Below, in pieces: positions 35,957-45,931 of a stretch of DNA of 64,000 nt. A program made the position numbers and the translations under genes. The first letter of the stretch is position 1; every line of letters begins with the position of its first letter. The notes beneath the pieces are model-generated. The model saw only the letters and a list, made by a program, of their open reading frames with translations, ran no database searches and was not told the DNA's origin. Source of the stretch: a virus; IMG/VR virus record IMGVR_UViG_3300031521_000001. One strand, given 5' to 3'.

Positions 35957-37729
35957 GTGGCAACATATAATAGATACAATCAGCCAAATTCCATGTATGA
36001 TTTTGGTAGAGGTAATGTAGGAAAAAGTTTCGGTAATAAAATATTAAGAAAATTAAGCAATTTTGGAATGGACGAACAAGAAATGGTCGTTAGAAATAGT
36101 CAGGCTATTGGAGCATTTCAAGATACTAGTAATTTACTATATGAGCCTGGTACAAATATGTACGATTTATTTACAAAAAAAATAATTTCTAAAATATTAG
36201 AAAAAAAATCTATTGCATATTTAGACCGTAGATATTTAGATAAAAGAAAAATTTTACATCAATATGCAATAAAAGAAGAAATTAAAGATTATGTAACTAG
36301 AATAGCAGAAGAAGCAATTAATTATGATGATGATAATTATTTTTGTACTGTTACAGATTTACCAGATAATTATGACCAATCAATTAGAGTGAAATATCAG
36401 GAAAATTTCAAGAAAATTTATAATGCTTTCAATTTTAATGATGGATTAACTGCTTGGAATTATATGAAAACTTTTTTAATTGATGGATTTTTATCATTTG
36501 AAATCGTTTACGATGATGATCAAAAAAACATAATTGAACTAAATTTATTGGACCCATTAACATTAATTGTTGCTGCTGAACCAGGAACTGGTACAGTTGT
36601 TTGGATTCAAAACCCAGATATTCCTCAATTGAGGAGAGTTTTGTTGGATGCTAATATTATTTACATTTCATATTCAAATAATTTGGATTATGATGAAACA
36701 AGTTATGTAGAAGGATTAATCAAACCTTATAATCAATTAAAATTATTGGAATTTACTAAATTGATGTATAATTTAAATCAAGCATCAATATACAAAAAAT
36801 TTGTAATCCCTGTTAATGGACTAACTAGACAACAAGCTGAACAACAAATAAGTCAACTAATGAGTGAATATCATGAAGACATAGAATGGGACGACACCAC
36901 AGGAGTACCATACATAAATGGTTCTACTAAAATTCCTCATTCAAAAGATTATTGGTTTCCTACATCAGAACTTGGAACACCAGAAATGGATATTATTCAA
37001 CCACAACAAGCAGAATTAAATGAAGATATAGTTTTACAGTGGTTTTATAAATCGTTCAAACGAGCATCAAAAATGCCATTCTCTAGATTGGATGAAGACC
37101 AGGGTGGAGGTAATTTTTATGATGACACTGCATCTATAACTATGGACGAAATAAGATTTAAAAATTTTGTTGGTAGATTACGAACATTGTTCAAAGAAGT
37201 ATTAGTTAAGCCATTAAAAATACAGATGATTTTAGAATTTCCCGAATTGAGCAGTGATAAAATATTTGAAAGTTATATTAAATTAAATTTCAATTCAAAT
37301 GATTTATTCGAAGAATGGAAATATTTGAATAATTTAGCAAAAAGAGCAGAAATTTCATCTACGTTATCAAGTAATTTACAAGATGGTGATGGGAAGCCCT
37401 ACCTTTCGATTGAGTGGATTGTGAGAAATATTATGAAATTTACTGATAAAGATATTGAATCTAACAACAAATATAAAATGATGAGTGGAACAGCAGGAGA
37501 AGGAGCAGGAGCATCTGGAGGTGGAGGCGGCTTTGGAGGAGAAGGCGGATTTCCAGGTGGTGAACCAGGATTTCCTGGTGCACAAGGTGATGCACAAGGT
37601 GGTGGACAGGCACAAGGTGGAGCACAAGGTGGAGCACAAGGTGGAGCACAAGGTGGAGCACAAGGTGGAGCACAAGGTGGAGCACAAGGTGGAGCACAAG
37701 GTGGAGCACAAGGAGAAGCAGAATTTTAA
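35957..37729 (+). CDS. gp20: portal vertex protein (T4 gp20-like)
   Basis: FLIDG.L.F, SYVE.LIKPYNQL.LLE, DYWFP, F...S.MP.SRL, ITMDEIRF..FV.RLR..F, N.FEE. Confidence 0.9.
   Translation: MATYNRYNQPNSMYDFGRGNVGKSFGNKILRKLSNFGMDEQEMVVRNSQAIGAFQDTSNLLYEPGTNMYDLFTKKIISKILEKKSIAYLDRRYLDKRKILHQYAIKEEIKDYVTRIAEEAINYDDDNYFCTVTDLPDNYDQSIRVKYQENFKKIYNAFNFNDGLTAWNYMKTFLIDGFLSFEIVYDDDQKNIIELNLLDPLTLIVAAEPGTGTVVWIQNPDIPQLRRVLLDANIIYISYSNNLDYDETSYVEGLIKPYNQLKLLEFTKLMYNLNQASIYKKFVIPVNGLTRQQAEQQISQLMSEYHEDIEWDDTTGVPYINGSTKIPHSKDYWFPTSELGTPEMDIIQPQQAELNEDIVLQWFYKSFKRASKMPFSRLDEDQGGGNFYDDTASITMDEIRFKNFVGRLRTLFKEVLVKPLKIQMILEFPELSSDKIFESYIKLNFNSNDLFEEWKYLNNLAKRAEISSTLSSNLQDGDGKPYLSIEWIVRNIMKFTDKDIESNNKYKMMSGTAGEGAGASGGGGGFGGEGGFPGGEPGFPGAQGDAQGGGQAQGGAQGGAQGGAQGGAQGGAQGGAQGGAQGGAQGEAEF
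37610..37705 (+). repeat. 12-bp tandem repeat GCACAAGGTGGA x8 encoding (AQGG)8 in portal tail
   Basis: Direct reading; degenerate copies on both sides. Confidence 0.95.
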
Positions 37730-37744
37730 ACAAAAAAGTGAGAA

Positions 37745-39334
37745 TTAATTCTCACTTTTTTTATAAATAAATTTTAGGTTACCAGAATCATATATTCTGT
37801 ATATTTTTCTATCAATCATAATTTCGTGTTCACTTTTATTTGGATCAAAACCTTTCTTAACTAATAAATCTTTTCTGAAGTTAAATCTGTGATGTCTAAT
37901 TCCGTCAATTATATAGTAATAATTTGGTTCAGTTTTTCCGTTATAATTAAATCCAAGAGTTTCATACAATTTACCTTGACTAAAACTTCTATCTGCGTAT
38001 GTAGTCATTTCACTTGGAGTATAATTGTTTATAAAATATTTAAACAATCTTGATGCACCACCTACAATATTAGTATTTAATTTATTACAAAATCTTAGTA
38101 ATTCATATTCACCTTTATTTGTTGATTTTTTACCCATTGCTATACGTCTATTACCGAAAGTCATCAAGCTTACTAATTCATCATTATAAAATAATCCTAT
38201 TTTAACTTTTGATCCGACAAATCCTTGTATATGATTTTTATTTAAAAAATCTCTAAGTAATTTATTATCATACATCTCTTTAATTATACATTTTCTAGCA
38301 TAAATTTTATTAGTATTTTTACCTAATTTATTTAATATTATAGATTTTACAATTTCTTGTCTATATAGCCAATCATCTTCCCATATATGAATTAATTGTA
38401 TTCCTTGCTTTTCACATTCTTCAGTCTTATTTAAATGATAATTATTTTCCTTATTTACTTCACTGTGCCAATATAATCCATTAAATTCAAATGCTAATTT
38501 CAAATCAGGAATATAAATATCCAATTCTAATGGTGAAATTATCTTTCTATTATTTTCTATTATTTCGTTATTATAATTATTTTTTATAAATTCACATAAT
38601 TTAATTTCATAACCAGATGAAAATGAACCAATTGGATTACAAACAGTGCAGATTGTTGTATTTAATTTTATTCTATTTTTTAATAATTCTCTTGATATTT
38701 CATAATTGTGTTTTTTCTCACATAAAAAAATATAATTTTTATTATCAGTAAAAACTAAGTTATTGTATTTTTCTAATAATTTTTTAGTTATTGTATTTTT
38801 ATATTTTTCAACAATTAAGTGTTTTTTGTTTTTAAAGTTTTCTGATTGATGATAATTCTCATTCCCATATTTTATCAGCACTGATTTTTTTACCTTTTTA
38901 ATCATATCAGAATAATCACGATTTTTATTAGTAATTTTAATTCTATTCTTATAATCTTCTGTTTGGGTATAATAATCTACTCCAAATTTATCAAAACTTG
39001 TTTGTTTTACCTTTTCAATAAATTCATCTGTTTTAGAATAATGATCAACACCATATTTTTCTAATGATGTTTTTTTGTTTTTTATTGTAGAACATTTATT
39101 TGAGCAACAAAAAATATTATATTTAGATGTGTTTCTACAATATTCTTTATAAGTCACCAATTTTTCATCACCACAAACATCACACACTGCTACAATTTCA
39201 GATTTACTACCTTTGGTCAAATCTAATACTTTTATATCATATATATTATTAACATCTACAATATAGTTCATTTTTCTATAATGTGATATTGTTTTGCTAT
39301 TCATTTTTAATTTAACAAATTCTGTTTTTATCAT
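37745..39334 (-). CDS. Hef-like homing endonuclease-type protein (YGV repeats, Vsr-like nuclease, C-terminal GNAT-like domain)
   Basis: ELDIYIP..KLAFEFNGLYWH, LIHIWEDDW, YELLRFC..GGASRL, TYADR. Confidence 0.75.
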   Translation of the reverse strand: MIKTEFVKLKMNSKTISHYRKMNYIVDVNNIYDIKVLDLTKGSKSEIVAVCDVCGDEKLVTYKEYCRNTSKYNIFCCSNKCSTIKNKKTSLEKYGVDHYSKTDEFIEKVKQTSFDKFGVDYYTQTEDYKNRIKITNKNRDYSDMIKKVKKSVLIKYGNENYHQSENFKNKKHLIVEKYKNTITKKLLEKYNNLVFTDNKNYIFLCEKKHNYEISRELLKNRIKLNTTICTVCNPIGSFSSGYEIKLCEFIKNNYNNEIIENNRKIISPLELDIYIPDLKLAFEFNGLYWHSEVNKENNYHLNKTEECEKQGIQLIHIWEDDWLYRQEIVKSIILNKLGKNTNKIYARKCIIKEMYDNKLLRDFLNKNHIQGFVGSKVKIGLFYNDELVSLMTFGNRRIAMGKKSTNKGEYELLRFCNKLNTNIVGGASRLFKYFINNYTPSEMTTYADRSFSQGKLYETLGFNYNGKTEPNYYYIIDGIRHHRFNFRKDLLVKKGFDPNKSEHEIMIDRKIYRIYDSGNLKFIYKKSEN

Positions 39335-39474
39335 AATATATTTTTGTTATTATATATAAATAAATATGGTTTGTTTTCTGAATAAGTATTATTTATTCAA
39401 ATTAATAAAATTTGATATTAAATTTAAAAATTCAACCATAATTATTTAATATATAAACAAAAACAAAAATAAAT

Positions 39475-40278
39475 ATGCCAGTAGATAGAGGAATAATTGC
39501 AATATTGTATTATAATAATATAACTGATATTGATAAAGTAGAAGATTTCATAGGAGAAAAAAACGGTTATTATGAAATTAAAATAAATGGAAAAATTGAA
39601 AAATTAAAAATACCAGATATATCATATGTTGAACATATAGAAGATGTAGAAGATGTAGAAGATGTGATAAAAGTAATATATAAAGAAGATACGTATGAAA
39701 AAGAATTAGAATATGAATTAGAAAAAATTAAAATAAGTTCAAATAAAATTGAAGAAGAAAGTAAAAGAATAAATAATAATATAATTGAATCACAAAAAAA
39801 AACAAAATTAGATTCAGAAGAAAAAAGAATAGCTTCAATTGAAGAACTAAAAAAACGTGAAATTGAGTTGGGTATTGTTAAAGAACCAATATCAAAATTT
39901 TTAGCTAATTCATCTGGAACAACATTCAATGAAGAATCTATAATAGAAAGCACAACAGAAAAAACAATAGAAAACTCACAAGTTAGTACAGATAACAAAT
40001 TAAATTTGAGATATTCGAATGTTCCTAATATTAACACAGAATTAATTAATGAATCTATTGTTGATACAATTGAAAATAATCAAGATGAATCAAAAGATAA
40101 ATCAAACAATGACAACTCAAAAAAAAATAGTTCTGCTATTACTAAAACTGTAAAAACAGAAACATATTTCTCGTCAGATACTGATAAAAATGATGATTCT
40201 AAAAAAAATAAAAATAAAAAAAATACTTCAACCAAATCTAAAAAGTCAGATGATAATGAATACATAAATGCGATTTAG
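39475..40278 (+). CDS. hypothetical low-complexity protein
   Basis: 267-aa ORF followed by terminator at about 40299-40335. Confidence 0.7.
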   Translation: MPVDRGIIAILYYNNITDIDKVEDFIGEKNGYYEIKINGKIEKLKIPDISYVEHIEDVEDVEDVIKVIYKEDTYEKELEYELEKIKISSNKIEEESKRINNNIIESQKKTKLDSEEKRIASIEELKKREIELGIVKEPISKFLANSSGTTFNEESIIESTTEKTIENSQVSTDNKLNLRYSNVPNINTELINESIVDTIENNQDESKDKSNNDNSKKNSSAITKTVKTETYFSSDTDKNDDSKKNKNKKNTSTKSKKSDDNEYINAI

Positions 40279-40363
40279 TATACTTTAAATTAAAATAATA
40301 AAGCCCAGATATTATAAAAAATATCTGGGCTTTATTTATATATAAAAGAAATATGAAAGAAAT

Positions 40364-40672
40364 ATGAAAGTTAATAGATTTAATGAAAGTGTTGGTTTTT
40401 TAGATAGAAGGTACAAAATTGACATGATGATAGTTTTTAAACGATACAAAAGATTTAAAAATTCTCAACATAGATTAGCCTCAATATCTAATATGATAGA
40501 TAATGGAGGAGGAGATGTTTATTTATATTCTATATCAGAAGATTTAAAAGATGCACTCATAAAAAGTGATAAATTCGGGCATACATTGCAAACTGTACCA
40601 ATAGAATCATTAATAAATTTTGATTTGGATGAATATATAATATTTAAAAAAACTGATAAATATAATTTATAA
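40364..40672 (+). CDS. small protein, K[FY]N[IL] family
   Basis: MKVNRFNE...DKYNL. Confidence 0.7.
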   Translation: MKVNRFNESVGFLDRRYKIDMMIVFKRYKRFKNSQHRLASISNMIDNGGGDVYLYSISEDLKDALIKSDKFGHTLQTVPIESLINFDLDEYIIFKKTDKYNL

Positions 40673-40703
40673 TAATATTAAAAAATAATATTAACTAAAT
40701 TAT

Positions 40704-40741
40704 AAAAATAGAAAAAAATGACATTTTTTAAGTAATATATA
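40704..40741 (+). promoter_or_regulatory. putative strong late-promoter element, copy 2
   Basis: Identical 27-mer + N3 + AATATATA upstream of protease gene. Confidence 0.6.
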
Positions 40742-40760
40742 AAAGAAAAATAAAAGAAAT

Positions 40761-43106
40761 ATGAAACCAGTTCTTATTGTAGAACATTGTATGGACGGTC
40801 TTAAACCAATAAATGAACAAGCTGATCAAAAGAAAGGTAATTACATTTTAGGGGGTACTTTTACTGAATTTAATATTAAGAATAGAAACGATAGAATCTA
40901 TACTGCAGAAAAATTCTTACCTCACTTAGATGAATTATTGAGTCGTAAACAACAGCTTGGCGTAGTCTATGGTGAATTTGATCACCCTGATGTGTTCGAC
41001 ACATCGTTAGGAAGAGTTTCGCACACAATCGAAAATGCTGTATTTGATAAAGTATCAAATTCCGTAAAAGGAGAAATTAGATTGTTAAATACCCATTGGG
41101 GTAAAGAAGCGAAAGCACTTGTTGATGATGGTTGTCCTATTTTCGTATCATCTAGAGCCGCGGGCATCACCGAATCAGATGGTACAGTTACTGTTAAAAA
41201 ATTATTTACATATGATGCAGTTGCAGATCCAGGCTTCAGTTCAGCTAGAATGGAAGTCAAATCATTAAATGAAAGTTATGGATTTAGTGACAAAGATTAC
41301 TTTAGGATATATGATTTATCCGACGAGTCAAAAATAAATGAATTATTCCAAATGAACGAAGACTTTGTAACAAAAAAACAAATGACAGAGTATTCTAATT
41401 ATTTAACAGAAGAAATTGAAACCTTTAAATTGAAAATTAATGACATGGTTAAAGGTAAAAATGTCGATTTTGATCCTGCCAAATTAGAAAGTGTACTTGA
41501 TTATTACGAACAATTACATGAACAACAATCAAAAATGGTAAAATATTTAGATTATCTTGCAGAAAGTATGCAATTTGTTGTAAATGAAAATGTTCAATTG
41601 AAAAAAACAACAACAGATTTAATTAAACACAATGATTATCTTGCTGAAAACATTGAAAAAATAGGAAACTATTCAGAATATTTAGCTGAAAATCTTGACA
41701 AATCTATTGATTATGGTAAATATATTGCAGAAACTTTAGATAAAAATATTGATTTCTCAGAATATATAGCCGAACATGTAGATAAAAATATCAAATATTC
41801 AGAATACATTGCTGAAAATCTTGACAAATCTATTGACTATTCAGAATACATTGCTGAAAATCTTGACAGTTCTATTGTTTATTCAGAATATTTAGCTGAA
41901 AATCTAGATAATTCTATTGTTTATTCAGAATATGTAGCTGAAAATCTTGACAATAATATTGCATATTCAGAATACATTGCTGAACACGTAGATAACAACA
42001 TATCTTATTCAGAATATATAGCTGAAAATCTTGATGATTCTATGGCTTATACAAATTACATCGCTGAAAGTTTGGATAAAACTATCGAAAAATCAAAACT
42101 TCTTACAGAAAAATTAAAAACTGGTAAAGTACTTGAAAATTTTGAATTCATAACAGAAGATGAAAATACTAAAGATATTGACATTAATGGATATTATGAA
42201 GATCAAGCTCCTACAATGGAAGGTCCAGCAGCAGAACCTGCTCAACCAACGACAGATCAGCCTATTACTCGACCAGTACAAGGTGAAGAAGTAGAAGGAG
42301 AAGGAGAAGAAGTTGAAGCTCAACCAGCTGTAGAAGGTGAACTACCAACAGAAGAACCAATTGAACCAACAGTTGAAGAACCAGTTCAAGGTGAAACTGA
42401 AGAAGGCGGATTACCAACACCAGGAGAAACAATTGCAGTAGGTGACAAAACAGGTGAAGTACTTGCAACTAATCCACAAAATGGTATGGTTGTTATACAA
42501 TTGGACACTGAAGAAGAACCAGTTGAAGTACATGAATCTAAAATCACAAGACTAGGAAGCAAAGTACAAAAAATCGGAAACTCATTAAACGAAAGTATAA
42601 ATAATTTGATCAATGAAACTAAAAAAAGAAAAGCTTCAGAAAATGATCAACCAAATTTTATGATGTTCTTAACAGAAAAAAGAAAAGCTGCTTATTATTC
42701 ACTATCTAACGAAGACAAAATTAAAGTAAAAATGATGTTGAAAGAAAGTGAAGGTAAATATACAAGTGAAGTTCAAGTTATATCACTTATGAATGAAGCT
42801 CTTTCTCCAAAAAGAAAATCATTTAATGATTTATTAATTGAATCAATGCCATCTGAATTAACCATTATATGGGAAAAATTAGATGTAACTATTAAAAACC
42901 AAGTGTTGGCAACAGCAAGATTATTTCCCTCTTTAGATACAGTACAAAAATTTGAGAGTTTTTGGTATAGTAGAGACTTAGCACGTTACACAAACGAAAA
43001 ACCTGCAAAACAATTAATTACAGAAAATCATATCGTAGATGGCTCAAAATTGAGTGAATCACAGATTGATTATTTCAAATCAGCCTTTGATAAATTGAAT
43101 TCTTAA
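40761..43106 (+). CDS. gp21: prohead protease (gp21-like) fused to scaffold/core region
   Basis: NRN.RIY, YGEFDHP, VSH, G......VSSR..G, D.VADP; then 14-aa repeats and acidic region; directly upstream of MCP. Confidence 0.9.
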   Translation: MKPVLIVEHCMDGLKPINEQADQKKGNYILGGTFTEFNIKNRNDRIYTAEKFLPHLDELLSRKQQLGVVYGEFDHPDVFDTSLGRVSHTIENAVFDKVSNSVKGEIRLLNTHWGKEAKALVDDGCPIFVSSRAAGITESDGTVTVKKLFTYDAVADPGFSSARMEVKSLNESYGFSDKDYFRIYDLSDESKINELFQMNEDFVTKKQMTEYSNYLTEEIETFKLKINDMVKGKNVDFDPAKLESVLDYYEQLHEQQSKMVKYLDYLAESMQFVVNENVQLKKTTTDLIKHNDYLAENIEKIGNYSEYLAENLDKSIDYGKYIAETLDKNIDFSEYIAEHVDKNIKYSEYIAENLDKSIDYSEYIAENLDSSIVYSEYLAENLDNSIVYSEYVAENLDNNIAYSEYIAEHVDNNISYSEYIAENLDDSMAYTNYIAESLDKTIEKSKLLTEKLKTGKVLENFEFITEDENTKDIDINGYYEDQAPTMEGPAAEPAQPTTDQPITRPVQGEEVEGEGEEVEAQPAVEGELPTEEPIEPTVEEPVQGETEEGGLPTPGETIAVGDKTGEVLATNPQNGMVVIQLDTEEEPVEVHESKITRLGSKVQKIGNSLNESINNLINETKKRKASENDQPNFMMFLTEKRKAAYYSLSNEDKIKVKMMLKESEGKYTSEVQVISLMNEALSPKRKSFNDLLIESMPSELTIIWEKLDVTIKNQVLATARLFPSLDTVQKFESFWYSRDLARYTNEKPAKQLITENHIVDGSKLSESQIDYFKSAFDKLNS
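41628..42089 (+). repeat. 42-bp (14-aa) tandem repeat, about 11 copies, consensus YSEYIAENLDxSIx
   Basis: Seen in translation and DNA (TATTCAGAATA.AT.GCTGAAAATCTTGA). Confidence 0.9.
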
Positions 43107-43122
43107 AAATAGAAAATTTTTC

Positions 43123-43160
43123 AAAAATAGAAAAAAATGACATTTTTTATAGAATATATA
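43123..43160 (+). promoter_or_regulatory. putative strong late-promoter element, copy 3
   Basis: Identical 27-mer + N3 + AATATATA upstream of MCP. Confidence 0.6.
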
Positions 43161-43209
43161 TCATTACTGAAAACAAAGACTTTAATGTCTTAAAAAAATA
43201 ATAAAAAAA

Positions 43210-45042
43210 ATGAATTTAATAATTGACAATCAAAAAGCAGTAGCTAAATGGAAACCAGTTTTAGAAAACTTGGGAGTTGCTGACAATTACAAACAGAGAT
43301 GGATGGCAGAGTATGCTGAAATGCATTCAATGAATGAAAACGTTGCTTATAGTACATTAGGTAACATGAATGGTATGGGTGCTGTACAAGCAGCTCAACC
43401 AGCAGGAACTCCAGGTTTAGTATGGGGTGATTATGGAGCAGGAACTCCAGGTGGAATTGGTTCTGGTGATATAGGACAAAATTTACTTCCAGTTTCTATG
43501 AAAATCGCTGCTCAAACTATTGGTTTGGACTTAGTTGCTGTTAAACCAGCTTCTTCTCCAAAAGTTGATATGTTGTTCGTAGATTTTAAATATGATAACT
43601 TAGCTGATTCTACATTGAAAGATGAAAGACCAATTATGTTCTCTATTAATATGTCTGATGCAACTGCAAAAGCTAACTTAAACACAGCTTTGAAAGCTTC
43701 TATGGCTCTTAAATTGGATGCTAATGGTATGCCAGTAAGAGAAAGAATTGGTGGCTTAACTGATTCAGTTTATGTTCACTTATCAGGTGGTTCTTTGGCA
43801 ACTCAGGTTCCTAATATCGCTACTACTGCTGCTTATTTTGCATTAGGTGGTGTTGCTACTCCTGCAGATTTAAACGGATTTGATCCAATTTTGATCAACT
43901 ATCCAGCAAATGGTGCCGCTCCAACAAAAGAAGGTTGGATGGAATTTTTAGGATGGTCTCGTATTAATGGTTATCCAATGTTTAGAATTTTCCGTCAATT
44001 CAATCCAGGTTCTAACAACGCAGGTTGGGGATTTGTGAATGATAGAAATACTTTTCCAACTGCTGCTTTCTCTATAGCTGCTATGTTGAATGATGGTGTA
44101 TCTGTTGAAGTTGCATCTGGTACTTCTGCAAAACAAGCAATTGTTTTAAGTGGTGTTACTATTGACTTAGTATCATTGTTAGAAGATCATATTCCTGGTT
44201 TCTCAGCAGGTTGGTATTTGAAACAACCAATGACAAGAGATGAAGACGAAAGAACTTATCCAAACGTTATAGGACCAGATATTTTCACTAAAACTATACA
44301 AGTAGGTGATATCGAAATTTCTAGTTCATTAAAAAGAACTCAAATTGAAGATATTAAAGCTGCAACAGGTATGGACATCGTTCAAAAACTTGAATCAGTT
44401 CTTGTTAATGAGTTGACTCAGACTATTTCAAAACAAATCGTTTCGAAAGTAACTGAATTGGCTGACAAAAATAGAATTGCTTGGACAACTCCTAAGGACT
44501 CCGCTGGTGCTTCTAAATTCGACTTCAATGTTGATAATTATTTGAAAGTTGGTGCAGCTACCCCAGGTGGTGAAACTACTCACTCAATTCAGAGAAAACT
44601 TATTGCTAAAATCAATAATGCTTCTAACTTTATTGCAACTGAAGGTCGTGTAGGACCAGCTCAATACCTTGTAACAAATGGTAATTTGGCTTCTGTAATT
44701 CAGGACGTTGCTGGTTATACTCTTAATCCAGTAAAATCTAACTTAAATGCAAATGGACAATTATTCCCAATGGGAAATATTGGTAACATTTCAATTTATG
44801 TAGATCCTTACCAAAGATGGGATGATAACAGAATATTCTTAGGAAGAAAAAATAGTGTTGAACAGCCAGGTTTGGTATTCGTACCATATTTGATGGCCCA
44901 ATCAATACAGTTAATTTCAGAAGCCACATGGGCCCCAAGAATGTTAATTCGTTCAAGATATGCTGTTGCTGATATTGGATTTTTTCCTTGGAAACAATTC
45001 ATGACATTGTTAGTAACTGATAGTGCAGGTGTACTTATCTAA
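43210..45042 (+). CDS. gp23: major capsid protein (T4 gp23-like)
   Basis: KW.PVLE, DLVAV.P, EDI.A..GMD, IYVDPY, G.VFVPY, PR...RSRY; strongly biased codons; follows protease. Confidence 0.92.
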   Translation: MNLIIDNQKAVAKWKPVLENLGVADNYKQRWMAEYAEMHSMNENVAYSTLGNMNGMGAVQAAQPAGTPGLVWGDYGAGTPGGIGSGDIGQNLLPVSMKIAAQTIGLDLVAVKPASSPKVDMLFVDFKYDNLADSTLKDERPIMFSINMSDATAKANLNTALKASMALKLDANGMPVRERIGGLTDSVYVHLSGGSLATQVPNIATTAAYFALGGVATPADLNGFDPILINYPANGAAPTKEGWMEFLGWSRINGYPMFRIFRQFNPGSNNAGWGFVNDRNTFPTAAFSIAAMLNDGVSVEVASGTSAKQAIVLSGVTIDLVSLLEDHIPGFSAGWYLKQPMTRDEDERTYPNVIGPDIFTKTIQVGDIEISSSLKRTQIEDIKAATGMDIVQKLESVLVNELTQTISKQIVSKVTELADKNRIAWTTPKDSAGASKFDFNVDNYLKVGAATPGGETTHSIQRKLIAKINNASNFIATEGRVGPAQYLVTNGNLASVIQDVAGYTLNPVKSNLNANGQLFPMGNIGNISIYVDPYQRWDDNRIFLGRKNSVEQPGLVFVPYLMAQSIQLISEATWAPRMLIRSRYAVADIGFFPWKQFMTLLVTDSAGVLI

Positions 45043-45059
45043 TAGTTAGTATAATAATT

Positions 45060-45089
45060 AAAAAAGAGAGAATTTATTCTCTCTTTTTT
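45060..45089 (+). terminator. terminator after MCP
   Basis: AAAAAGAGAGAAT-TT-ATTCTCTCTTTTTTT. Confidence 0.85.
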
Positions 45090-45190
45090 TATATATACAT
45101 TTGAGCTATTAAAAAATATTCAATTAGTATTTTAATAAAAACATAAACTTTTGTGCTATTAAACACTACGTAATATTAAATAAAAATACT

Positions 45191-45910
45191 ATGTCAAAAA
45201 GAAACAACATACAAGATTTAATTAATAGAGCTAATATAGTTCATAATAATAAATATGATTATTCTCTTGTAAAAAATTATAATTCTATGCATGATTATCA
45301 AGATATTATATGCCCTGTGCATGGAATATTTAGTTTACCTTTACATTGGCATATAAATAAAGGAAGAGGTTGTAAAAAATGCGCTATTTATAATGTTACA
45401 GACACAAGAGAAATATTTATAGATAAATCGAATAAAATACACAATTTTAAATACAATTATGATAAAGTTGACTATATTACGAGTAGAAAAAAAGTTATAA
45501 TAACTTGCTTAATACATGGCGATTTTTATCAAAAACCATGTGATCATATTAATTCTAAACAAGGATGTCCAATTTGCAACGAATCAAAAGGTGAAGCGTT
45601 AATATCTAATATATTAAAATCTTTTGATGTTTATTTTAAAAGAGAAAAAACTTTTCCTGATTTGAAATATAAATCATTGTTATATTATGATTTTTATTTA
45701 CCTGACTATAATGTTTGTATTGAGTATGATGGTGAGCAACATTTCAAATCAATTAGTCATTGGGGAGGTGATAAATTATTTAAAAAATTGAAATTGAGAG
45801 ATAATTTAAAAAACGAGTATTGTAAAAATAATAATATTACTCTGTTACGGTTAAAATATACTGAATCAGAAATTGATATTAAATATAAAATACAAAACAT
45901 ATTAATTTAA
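45191..45910 (+). CDS. homing endonuclease-like protein (DUF723-type repeats + Vsr-like nuclease)
   Basis: H.NKYDYS...ICPVHG.F...GC..C twice; YDFYLP...IEYDGEQH. Confidence 0.8.
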   Translation: MSKRNNIQDLINRANIVHNNKYDYSLVKNYNSMHDYQDIICPVHGIFSLPLHWHINKGRGCKKCAIYNVTDTREIFIDKSNKIHNFKYNYDKVDYITSRKKVIITCLIHGDFYQKPCDHINSKQGCPICNESKGEALISNILKSFDVYFKREKTFPDLKYKSLLYYDFYLPDYNVCIEYDGEQHFKSISHWGGDKLFKKLKLRDNLKNEYCKNNNITLLRLKYTESEIDIKYKIQNILI

Positions 45911-45931
45911 AATTTTTTATACAACAAAATT

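Noticed and set aside
37376-37748. CSTL, LVLH and KVEH repeat ORFs
   Set aside because: Alternative frames of the portal 12-bp repeat
41628-42089. CRISPR array (regular 42-bp periodicity)
   Set aside because: In-frame coding repeat with synonymous variation, no unique spacers and no cas genes
43210-45042. Intein or intron in the long MCP
   Set aside because: No intein terminal motifs or frame break; extra length looks like an insertion domain
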